From: Lama glama
Taxonomy: Eukaryota
Assembly (NCBI GenBank): GCA_028534125.1
Contig: CM052841.1
Location: forward strand, 6,572,001-6,636,000
Length of the DNA stretch: 64,000 bases
Reading direction: 5' to 3'
A model generated the notes under the pieces. That model searched no databases. It worked only from the letters and a program-made list of their open reading frames with translations, and was not told the origin of the DNA. Below, one piece after another: positions 1-11,555 of this stretch; position 1 is the first letter of the stretch; each line of letters opens with the position of its first letter. The translations under genes and the position numbers were made by a program.

Positions 1-2479
1 GTGCGGTGGGGCTGTAGATCTGGGAATGAGTGAAGGAGGGCCTGAGACCCCTCCCTTCTCTTCCCTCATCCTTCCTCCTGAGGCTTTTCATGCCCCCATG
101 ACAGGCCTGTCTTTACAGGGAAGAGACTTACCCACAGTCACACAGGTGGGTCAGAAAACTGGGTTCTGCACCGAGGGGCTGAATCCAGGATGTGGGAGTA
201 TGTTTCTTTCTCATTGTCAGGCTCCCTCTCTGCCCCCAAAGCATCTCTCTGGCTTGACTCGGGGGGAGCAGCTGGGCTTGGAGGAGATGGGAAGGAGGGT
301 CGAAAAGTCCAAAATATTCTGGGGCCAGCCGCAGGGCTGGGACTGACTCTCTCTGCCTTTCATTCATGCTAGGCAAAGCCCCTGGATTGGCAGCCCGGGG
401 GTGAGGGTGTCCAAGGAATTGAGGCGCTGGAGCGGAACGGAAGGGCCTATTGTCCAAAACCCGCCAGAGGCCCACAAAGGCCGGCCCGGGCTTTTCATCT
501 CAGCTCCCAAACAGCCTGGCCTTTTTCCCGGCCCGGGAGTAGGGGGGCTGACCCTTCAGAGCTAGGAATGGGGTGTTGTTGAGGATGGGGTGGGGTATCC
601 CTGGCTGACAACATGGCCATAAAAGGGACTTAAAATGGAGCTGAGGTTCTGAAGAGGAGGAAGGGAGGCACCAGAAGGCTATAGAGAGTTAAGCTTCCAT
701 CTCACTGTTCCCAGAGGATCTAAGGACTTAGAGTGGGATATCTGACAGAAGTTCAGATTTGCACAATATTAGGGGGCACACCTGGGAGAAGTCTGATTGC
801 TGGTTGGGAAAGTGAGCTGCTGAGCTCTGAGGGTCATAATCCTCCCCCTAAATTGGGACCTCTTAGGGAGGAGAGACTGGGATCAGAGAAAGCTAGTGGT
901 CAGGCAAGAGAATGGGCTCCCTGCAGCAGGAGGGACTGAGGCCAGACAGCAGGAAGGACTTTCTGCCAATGAACAGTAGCTCAGATGCCCTGACCCTGTC
1001 CCTGGGGATCCCAGAGGCTCGCAGAGAGCAGGGGAGCTGGAGAACACCCCCGAGGGGTTAAGGCTGAGGCAGCTTCTGTGGGGGCAGAGGAGGAGGCCAA
1101 GAGGGAGGACTTGGCAGTGCTGTCCACCTCCCCCAGCAGCACCTCCAGCACCACTTTAAAAACGGCTTTTTAATTTAACAAAGTGGATGAAAAACTGTTT
1201 TTGGAAATAAAAGATATCTCTACTGTCTCCCAGGCTAGCACTCAGCCCTTGCAGAGAACCTCTCTGAGTTTCTCCCCGCTGTCAGTGGCTCCTTTCCTCT
1301 CTCTCTGTCTGTCTCTTTTGTTTGTTTCTGCTCTTTGGCCCCCCAGCTTCCCCTTGGCCTCCCATCACCACCCCCCTCCATTCAGCCTCTGTGGGAGTGT
1401 CATCCTCGGCCTCCTATTTCCGTGTCTCTGCATCTCCTGTCTCTCCTCTCCCAGTCTCTCTCTTCCGGGGCTTGTCTCTCTCTCCTGATTCGTCTCTGTC
1501 TCCCAGCCTGTCTCAATCTCTGTCTCCCTCCCCCCCTCCTTTCTCCCCCCAACCCCTGCTCTAAATGGGTCTATTTAAAACACCCGACGCTGCCAAGTCA
1601 GAAAAGCGTCTCCTGATAAAGCGCATTAGGCAGAGGGAGGGAGGAGGAGGGGGGAGGGAGGAGGGAGCCGCGGGCGGATGGATTGATCCAAGCCCGTAAC
1701 CCCATTAATCAAGCATCGTGGATCCCCCTCCCTCCCCCAGCTTCAGCCCCTTCAGGGCTAAAAGCTCCTTAAATATTTATCACCCCTCCCCCTTGGGGGT
1801 GAGGGGAGGGGTGGGTGGCCCTTGGTGTGAGCATCCCCAGCCACCTGGTTTCCCCCCTTGTGCATGTACACATGTGTGCCTGTGCTCCTGTGTGCATGTG
1901 TGGGTGTGTACACCTGACAGGATCAGGGCCCAACTGCCATCTCACTCCCCCACCATCTGAGTGACCTGGTGCCCTGAGCAGCTCCTGGGGACCTTAAGGG
2001 TCTGGCCTGGCTCCTGCCCCTCCTGAAAGGTTGGGCATGCAGAATAGGGAAAACTTGGAGTGGGTTGGGGGCCCTCATGCCCCTCAAAGTGCAGGGCTGG
2101 AGGACTGGGTGGCATTGCACTGTCACTCTCAGAAGGCAGAAGGGTGAGCTGGGGGTTAATGTCCAGATTCCCTCAAATTCCCAGCGCAGGAAGTAACTTG
2201 AGGAATAGAGCTGGGGACTCCACACTCCTCAGGTGCACAAAGGTAACTTGGAAGGCTGGCTGAAGTTTCCCCTTTCTCCTCCGAGGGCAGGAATATGACC
2301 CGGGGGTGGGTAGGGGGCTTCCCACTACTCTCAGGCCGAGAAGACCTCCTGGGCCGGGTGGAGGTCCCCATCGCCTCCAGAGAATAGGAAGGTGGCCACT
2401 CTCTGGGGGTGATGTGGGACTGACCCCCCCCTCCCCGGCAGCAGAGGTCAGCCCTGAGTGAGACAGGCGGGGGTTTGTC

Positions 2480-3060
2480 CGAGTTGGCCTGAGACAACTT
2501 CGCGCGGGGCGGGGGAAGGGAGGCCCCAGCCGCCCCTGGACGTGAGGAGGGGCCCCGGCCCGGAGCCGGGAGGGTCCTTTCCCCCTCCCCTCCCCCGGCA
2601 TCAAGTGCCACATCTCCTCCTGACTCAGACAATTAGATTCAAAGGATGACCTCACTGCCTGCCGTCCCTCACTCGCTCCCTCCGCTAGCTCGGCTCGCTC
2701 GCTCGCTCGCGGCGCGCTCCTTCCTCCCCTCCTCCCGGCCCGCTCGCCGCCTCGCTCGCTCGCTCGCTCGCTCGCTCGCCGGGACCCTCGGGGGTGGGGG
2801 GACGCTCCTGCTCCCCGAGCCCCGAGGGCCCGATGCCCGCGGGCGGCCGGGCAGACCCACGGAGCACCGGAGGCACCGACGGGGCGCCTGCGCGGGGACC
2901 CAGGTCAGTGGCGGCGCGGCCGCAGGGCCGGAGAATTTGTCACCCCCGCTGCCGCCGCAGAGACGCCCCCGCCCGCGCCGCCCGCCAGCCCGCCTCGGCG
3001 CTTCCCGCTCCTTTCTCGGCCCCCGCCCCCCGCGGCTGCTCGGCGCTCCCCCTGCCAAGC
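2480..3060 (+). promoter_or_regulatory. CNTFR: CpG island; candidate internal/alternative CNTFR promoter and first exon (donor CAG|GTCAGT after 2903)
   Basis: Very CpG-dense GC-rich segment with GC boxes and (GCTC)n tracts, and a near-consensus donor at 2903/2904, about 8.6 kb upstream of the first coding exon. Boundaries approximate. Confidence 0.6.
2686..2780 (+). repeat. (GCTC)n tetranucleotide tracts inside the CpG island
   Basis: gctcgctcgctcgctcgc at about 2693-2710 and again at about 2751-2779. Confidence 0.85.
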
Positions 3061-6000
3061 TGTCTCTCTCCTCTTCTCTTTCTCTCCCCCCAGCCCCCCT
3101 GCCTCTGCAGCCAGTGGGAGGGACTGGGACTTCCTGAGGTCCCAGGGATGGGGCCGGGGCCCATTGGCTGCAGCCGGACCAGGCCTCTGAGAGAGGAGGG
3201 GGCTCTGGCTGTGTCCACTGGCCTGGGGGAGGGGACCACCACCTGGGTGGAAAGGGGGCTACTGAGAGAGGGGCCCAGGGTGTGGGGGTGACATCTCGAC
3301 AGAGGGGATGAGCTCCTGATATCTTCCTTTTCTCACATCCTGTGGGCCTCTTGCCTGGCTTCATTTGTCCCCACCTCCTAACTAACTTTACTCCCCGTGG
3401 CCTATGTTCTTTTGGGCCCTGTCACCTAGTTTCCATAGACCCTGCTGCCTGATTTCTTTTGTTCCCACTACCTGCCTGGCTTTATGGGATTGCCTTGCCT
3501 GATTTCCTTAGGTCCTGCTCCCCTGACTGGCTTCCACAGAGCCGCTCCCTTAAGGACAGGGCATCAGGGCCCAGGCTACACCTGGAATGGCAAGTGCTGG
3601 ATGTCAACAGCATTGCCGATTTTTCTCGGGTTGGGGCTGGGCCAGCAAAGCCTGGATTCCTTTCTGCCTGGACAGCGACACAGCGTCCTCTCTTGTGATG
3701 GGGGCTGGGCTGCAGAGTCCAAGGACACTTGAGATTCTTGTCCTCAGTGGTTGGTTAGGGGAGCACTGGCTTGACCAGCGCTGTCCCCATCTCTCTTTGG
3801 GCCTGATGGTGATGACAGGGCTTTGGCAGGGGCTGGGGGTTGAGGTTGAGGCCTCATCTCCTTCCCCTTCCCTCCCTTCCTGCAGCCAGACCTGACATTC
3901 AGGTGTCCTATGGACAGTTATAGGCACAGAAAGGTCTTGAAGAGGCCTGGGATCACACAGCAGGTAGCTAGGCTGAGAGCTGCTGCTGTTTCTCATCCTG
4001 CGGAAGAGGGGGTGAGGAGGGGAGGCAGGAGGCCCTGGGGAGCAAGCTGGTTTCTGGGGTTTGCTGCCTCCTGCTGCCACCAATGCCACCGTCTCTTCAC
4101 CCATAGGCTTCCCCACCCCTCCTCTCTGGCCTGGATCTCCCCTCATTCCCAAATGCTGGTGAAAGCAGGGTCAGGAGAGGAAGGAGCCGTCTGTGCCCTC
4201 TTTTAGGAACCTTTCCCTTTCTGCCTTAGGCCACCCTGAGCTTTATTCCCCTTTCCCCCAGGCACAGGCCAGGCAACCCAAGGTCCCAGTGACTATTCTG
4301 AGTGTGTATCTGTATTTCCCTCTGCCAAGTATAAAGGTGTGAGGTGCTGAGGGGGATGGGGGGGCCGGGGGGGGTCTGAGTTTCTGGAGGTGCTATGGTA
4401 TCTGTGTTCTGAGTGTGTGCTGGTATCCATATGTGAGACCAGGACGGTTTTGATCGAGTGGATGTGAGACAGTCTGTGTGTGTGACTGAGATTCATGTGT
4501 GCACCCACACCAGCGTGTGCAAGGCTGTGGCAGCGGGTGTCCACGTGGGAGGCCATGGCATGTGGCTGTGATGGTGGACTTGGAGTGCCAGTGTCTGCGA
4601 GAGGCTGCCTGGGTGTGTCTGTGAAGCTCTGGCCGCCTGTCGTGGAGGTGGGGGGCTTTAGGGAGCTCTGCCAATGGGAGTGAGAGCCCGAGTGTGTGTT
4701 CTGTCTTGGGGTGAAGTGAGCACTGGGTGCTGNNNNNNNNNNNNNNNNNNNNNNNNNNNNNNNNNNNNNNNNNNNNNNNNNNNNNNNNNNNNNNNNNNNN
4801 NNNNNNNNNNNNNNNNNNNNNNNNNNNNNNNNNNNNNNNNNNNNNNNNNNNNNNNNNNNNNNNNNNNNNNNNNNNNNNNNNNNNNGGATGGCTTGCTTTT
4901 GCCCAGCAGACCAGAAGCTGCCTCAGAAGTAGTGTGTGCAGTGTGCGTGCATGTTGGGGGATAGGGAGAACAGGACACTGTTATGTGAAGACAGTCGAAG
5001 TTTCTGTTCCCTCCAGCTCTGTCAGAAAGACCATCTTCAGTTCTTTTCTTACACATCAATGCTTCATAAGCACTGCCCACCCCCACCCATCGTCGTGTGT
5101 GTGCGTGTGTGTACACAAGCTTGCAAGTGTAGACCTCTGTGTATGTGTTCGAGGGTGCCTGCCCCATAGCAGTGATGGGGCCAGGGCAAGGTGGAGTGGG
5201 AGATGCTGAGGCAGATAGGTCTTTGTCCCCGCCCCTAAGTCTGGAAAGCTGCTCTGTCCATCCTGCTGTCTCCATGCAGGGCCCTAAAGCCTCCTTCCTG
5301 CCCCTGGCTCATCTGGGGCAGCCCACTCCCCTGTCGGCTGAGGGAAGTCCCATTCAGCCCTGTTGCTCTGCCCATCCCACATATCACGGAGTTCCTCCAG
5401 CCTAACCTCCTGCTGCATCATCTGTCCCTCCAAGAGGAGCAGCCCCACTCCTCCTAGACTTAACCTGACTGGTACGTGGGCCTTTTCTGGATAGACGGGT
5501 CCTCCTGGTTCTTCTAGAAGCCAGGGGCTGGGGGATTTTGTGCTTGTAGTACCTCAGGTTCTGTGAAGCTGTCCAGAGCCCATGGACCTGCCCGAAGGAA
5601 GGATATGAACTTACCTGCCCCTTCCTGCTCTCCATTTGAGAGGCAGGGGGCTGGACAAGATGACTTTCGAGGAAGAAAGCTCAGGCCTTTTGTACCTAGA
5701 GGGCTGCTTAAGTCCAGGTCTGTGTATGTATGTGTATACAAGCCCATGGCAGTCACCAGGCAGCACACAGGGCCCCAAGCAGAGCTCCACGTGTGGGCAC
5801 GGCTGGTGGGATTCAGACTCCCACCTCCCCAGGACACCTCCCTGCTGCCCAGCCAGGCCCGTCATGGGAGGCCCACCACACGTGCAGCAGGGCACGCACA
5901 TGCTGATTTCGGTCCCCACGGTGCAAGAGGCTGGGGTGGGGGGTTTGAGCACTCAGAGTCCTGGCTGCTGCCAAAATCCATCGGAATCTTGTCCCCCCAC

Positions 6001-9000
6001 CCCAGGCCCCCATCTCCGGCTTTGGAGGTCACAATAGCAGGTGCGGATACCCACCCCCCCCAACTCACTCACATTGGGCCGCCTCCTTTTCCACAACCTC
6101 AGCCAGCGGCTGGAGCTGGGGGACTGCTCCCCCTGCCTCCCTCCTGGCCCCTCTCCCACTGGTGCTCAGTTTCTCCTGCCCCCTTCTGTGGGGAAAGATG
6201 GGGCCTAGGTTTGGATGAAGTCCTTCCCCCAGAGCAGTGGGGCTTGCCCCTGGAGTGGATGGGGATGTGGTCGCCCAGAAGGAGATAAGGCTTGAATCCT
6301 GAACCCAGGCATGGCTTCTGGGTCCCATGTCACTTGGGGTAGGGGCACTGAGAGCTGAGAGGAGGGCCAGGTCTGGATTCAGAAAGGAAGGAGAAAGAGC
6401 CAGAGACAAGAGACTCAGAGACAGGGAGAGACTCCACAGGGAGTGGGAGCCTGCCCCATGGCCAGCCGGCCCCAGCCCAGGAGCTGGCCTCTGACCCAGC
6501 CCGCCCCCTCCCCGGTGGGGGGGCTTGCTGGGCCAGCTGCCAGGGGCCAGGCCTCCCCCCTTGGCCTCCCCCCTACCCTCAGCCTCTGGACTGCTCAGGC
6601 CTCTGCCCCCGCCCCCACCGCCCACGCTGTCCAGGCTGCCTAGGCCTGGTGGGATCTGGGGGCCTCCTGGCCTCAGCCCCTCCTCCCCCTCCTGGAGCTT
6701 CCCGCCCGCCCAGACTGTCTCTCCCAGGCTCCCCCTCGGCCAGTGCTGTTCCTCCCTGCCCACCCTGTCCTTGTCCTGTTCTGTCTCTCATTTTCCCGCT
6801 CCATCTTCAAGTGTAGGTGTCTCTTCTTTGCTGCACCCTAATTCCTCTGCAGATTTGAAGCCTCTAGAGTCTCCACGGTCTTTGACTTAGTCATCCTGTT
6901 CTGGGTTCTCACCTCATTCCCAGGATGCATCCTCTAGGGCTGTTGTAAGGAGAGGGAAAAGGGGTGAGGCCCCAGGATAGAGTGTCATTTCCGTAACCCT
7001 GAGGGATTCTGGAGTCTGGGTTGCTGAGGGAGACTGGAAGCTGTGGAGATGTCACCTCGGCCCTGCCATGGGCCAGATGCCCTCCATTAGATGAAGGATC
7101 CTGACCTCACCCCAGTCCCAGGCCTTGGCAGTGGGGAGGGGGCAGGTCCAGGCCAGTGACCATCACTGGATCTCAATTTCTTGGAGGTGCCACTGGGGCC
7201 TCCCTGTTCATTCATTGTCCAGGCTGGATTGAGCCTACCTGATCCCCAACACACCCACACCCTGAAGCCTGAAGTTCAGAGCACACTATTGCATCAACAC
7301 TCATGCGCAGTGAGAGCTGGGCCCCAGGCAGTGGTGCTCAGAAACCCCCACCCCATCCCGGATGTGGTAGGGATTCCTCAGGGTTGGGCTGAATAACCTA
7401 AGCTGCTCTGTTTTTGCAGGGGTAAAGAGGGGCTTTCCAAAACTCACACATCCCTCTCTTAGGTTTTGCCTTCAGCTGAGCAGGGGGTAAGGGTCAGGCT
7501 GCAGGGCACTTGGGACCTTGCGGGGGCTGGCAAGAGGGGTCTTGCCCCTGGATCTTAAGCGAGATTCAGAAACTGGGTAATTGAGGTCCCTGATTTGGAG
7601 ACTATCACTTTGCCTGTCAGTGTCACTGCTGGTGACAGTCAGCCTCCGTGGTGCTAGTATTACTGTGGACTGGTGTTATTCTGTGTGACTGTCCATCTTA
7701 CCCAGTCTATCAACATCCCTATGTCACTGTGGATGTCACCATCATTGTTAGTCTGTGTGACTGTCAGCTTCATTGCGTCTTTGACTCTGAAGTTATTGTC
7801 ACTCTGATTGTGTCAGTATCAACAGGTGTCATTGCCCTGTTTGCTGGTGTCATTGTTTGTGATTGTCACTATAGTGACTGTCGATACCCCTGTGTGTCAT
7901 TGTCAACTGTGCAACTGTGTCATTTTTACTGGGTATTGTTATTACTGTGTAATGGTGTCAGAGGGAGAGACAGACCTTGAGAGAGTGACAGAGACACCAG
8001 CAGGGTCTCTGGGTCTACCTAGAGCATCTCTCAAAGATGCTCTAGCTAGTGACAGTAAGTTGGGGGTCCAGGATTGTCTCTTGATGAGTCACGTCTCTGT
8101 GTGTGTGTGTGTGTAATGATGACACTGTGGGGTTCTCTGTTGGGAGAGGTGCTGGGCTTCTATGCTGACAAGGGCTTTGGGCTGCTGGAAATTTGCTAGT
8201 GGAGTGCCCTCTGTTCCCTTCTCACTTCTGGGGCTGGGGCTGGGGCTGGAGGCCAGGCTGGCCCCCTGGAAGGGTCTACCGGGAGCCTGGGCCAGTTTGC
8301 ATAGCCCTCAACTGGGGCTTTATGGGATTTATGCTCCAGATCTATTCCAGAGCCATGGGGTGTGGACTCGGAAAATTCCTGGGAAAGATGCTCTTTGCCC
8401 TGGGATGGGTGGCCTGAGGTGAGCGAGGGCAGAGGTGTAGCCTGGATGCCTCTGGCCTCAGCTTCCCTACGTGGGAATGGGTCCAGCTGGGACTCAGAGG
8501 GAAGAGGGAAGTGAAATTGACCTGGGGCTTCCTGGATCTGCAGGGGCAGAGATGGGGTGGGGTGGGGTAGGTTTTAGTCTGCCCTTATCCCTTGGGGGCT
8601 GGGCTCCTGGATCCAGAAGCCCTATAGCCCCCAGGAAGGCCTTGCTCTTGCCTCAGATCAGCCAGTACTGCTGTCCTGACAGCGTCCCCTCCTCCACCAC
8701 TGGAGGGGCTGGGTGGTTGAGCATCTTTGAGAGTTGCTCTGGGTATATATACCCAGAGACCTTACTGGTGTCTCTGCCACTCTCTCGGGGTCTGAATCTC
8801 TGCCCATCTTCTATGTTCCCCACCTCTCTTCCTGTGCCTCTTCCATTTCTCCCTATCTTGATCTCTTCTCATCCTTCTGGGTCTCTGCTCATGGCTTTCC
8901 ATCTCTCCCTGCCTCTCTGTCCCCCCCTGCCTGGGTCTCTCCCTTTTCTGGGTGCCCCCAACCATGCAGCATCTGTCTTGGTACCCCATCCCCCACTCTC

Positions 9001-11470
9001 TGCGGTGCTTGCTCACTCGCTCTCAGCAGCGCCCGTCTCCCATGGCTGCAGCCCCGTTGGCCCAGGGCCCGGCCCTTACAGTAACTCATCGGGCTGATGG
9101 AGGAGACTTTGATGAAGAAGCCACCCCTCCCCCTGCGGGGACCCGGGTGTGTGTGTGTGTGTGTGTTTGCCTGTATGCATTACACGTGCCAGACCATCTC
9201 CTCACCCCCATGCCCTCCCAGCTGGGACCAGGAAGGACCTGGGAGCCAAGGGCCACCTTGTCGCTCTCTTCCCATCCTATGATCTCACCTCTCTCCATGC
9301 CCCACTTCCTCTCCCGTGTGGTGGGCAGTGGGCCTGGCACTCAGGTGGACTATCTTCCTGGCTGTGAGGAGAAAGGCACAGGTGGATGGCAGAGATGGTA
9401 GGGGAGGGTCTGAGGGCGACCTGCAAGGACTGAGATGGGGAACCAGGCAGGCCTCCAGCCTCTTGTCTCCTCTCTTTTTCTCCAGCACCAGCTCTGAATT
9501 CAGACCGTCCTGGGTTCATTTCCTGGCCCCACCACTTGCTGACAATGACTTAGGCCATTGTCTTAACCTCCTAGGTCTGAGGAGTAGCTGAAGATGGGGG
9601 AGTGGCTGAGGGTCAGGAGCCAGGCCAAGTGGTAGCAAAGGCCTCAGGAGTCACAGATGTGGGAGGGGTAGCCAAGGCCACATGGGGCCCAGAGAGCTGA
9701 GCTGTGCCAGGGAGGGGCAGTCTGAGCGCCTGCGCCTGTGGCTGGAGGAAGACCAGGTGCAGATGGGAGGACTCGCCTGGTGAGGGGCGGGTGTAGCAGT
9801 GGGCGGGCAGGCAGGAACCCTTCCCATAAGGGAGCCCCCGGAAGTCAGGTTCTCTCCAGTTCCCCCGTCCACGGCTACAGGCTGACGCCCGCGTTGGTCT
9901 CCCCTGCTGTAGCTCTGTCTGCAGTGTCTCTGGCTGTCTCTCTGGCAGTATTTCTGATGGTGTCTCTGGCTGTGTCTGGCAGTGTGTCCGACTGTGCATC
10001 TGAGTGTCCCTGGCAGTGTTTTAAGTGGTGTGGATGCTTCCTGACCGAGCATCTGGTTGTGTCTCTGGCTCTCTCTCTAACTGCTTTTCTGGGCGTGTGC
10101 CTGTTTCTATCAGTTTCTCTGGTATTTCTCTGCTTGTGTGTCAGGCAGTTTCTCTGGCGTGGTTTCTGACAGCGTCCCTGGCTCTCTGGCTGTGTCGCTG
10201 ATGGTTTCTCTGCCTGTGCTTCTTGCTCTTTCTCTGATATGTCTGCTTGCGTCTGGCCGGGTCTTTGACAGTGTTTCTGGCGGGTCCTCTGGCTGTGTGT
10301 TGGCTGTTCTCTGGCCGTGTCTCTGGCTGGTTATCTGTTTGATCTACCTGTTTCTCTGGCTTTGTCCGATGGTGCCTCGCACAGTCTCTCCAGGATGTCT
10401 CCAGCTGTGTGTGGAGCTCTTTCTTTGTGGCCCTGTCTCTTGTTTTGGGCAGTGTCTCTGGCTCGTGTCTTTGCTGTGTGTCTGGCTATACCTCTGATTG
10501 TGGCCCTGGTTGAGTGTCTGGCAGTGTCCCTCTCTGAATCTCAGCTTCCGTCTTGTTGACAGTCCCCCTGTCTCCTCAGACGAGGGAAGGAGAGTCAGAT
10601 TTGGAAACTTCTCTGCAGAAAATGGTTATTTTCCCGTCCTCAGGTATAGGCATGTGCTGGGGTGGAGTGGGGTGGGGGCAGCAGGACCCATTTCAGGAAG
10701 CAGGACAACAGGTGGGGGGGCCCTGGATGCATCCTGGCTTCCGGGCACATGTGCCTCTACTGGGCTGGGGCTCCCAGGCTCCTGGGCGGAAGGATGGGCT
10801 GGGTTCCCTTACGGGGACTTCCATGTGAAAATCCCTCGTTTTCTCTTGATCACTGGTTTACACTAAAGCAGTAGCCACGTCTGACCTGGTCATGGTGCTG
10901 GCCTGGTACCCTGCTGCTCTGAACTTCCCAGAGCCCGGTGGGGCCGGGCTTACTCGGGGGAGGGTGGGAACCTGGTGGGGGCAGATCAGAAGGGCTGCCT
11001 CCCCAGGAACATGGCAGGGGGCCTTTCATTCGAGGCAATTGGGACAAGTATAGACCTCCAGTTAGGTTAAAACATTACTCTTTCAGTTTGCGATGTTTAT
11101 AGCTAATTAGCTAACCTCACCAGTAAAGTTATTATTTTTTTTTAGAAAAATGGCCCTAGCATTACCAACGTTCTATAACTCATCCGCGGTTGACTGTATC
11201 CTGCAGCCAGCAGCCTTATTGAACAGCAAACCACTGTAGATTGCCTTCTACCGTCTTAGCAAACCTTTGCCTACAGATGCCAATAATGTTACTTTCTATT
11301 GCTTGAAGAGGATCCTGAGCCCCATTTAGAAGGGCATTTGGGGTCAAGGTGCCCTGGCCCTAGGGCTGGGATTTCCCAGTCTTGCCGGAGGACAGGGGGG
11401 CTCCCCAGGTGGCTCCTGCCTGGGCTGATGCTGCCCCTTTCCCCACCGCCCCCTCTTTTCCCCCCGACAG

Positions 11471-11555
11471 ATGGCTGCTCCTGTCCCGTGGGCCTGCTGT
11501 GCCGTGCTTGCTGCTGCCGCCGCCGTGGTCTACGCCCAGAGACACAGTCCACAGG
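11471..11555 (+). CDS. CNTFR: CNTFR coding exon 1 (signal peptide MAAPVPWACCAVLAAAAAVVYAQRHSPQ)
   Basis: Pyrimidine tract plus cag acceptor directly before the ATG; donor G|gtgagt; 85 nt; translation matches the CNTF receptor alpha N-terminus. Confidence 0.97.
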
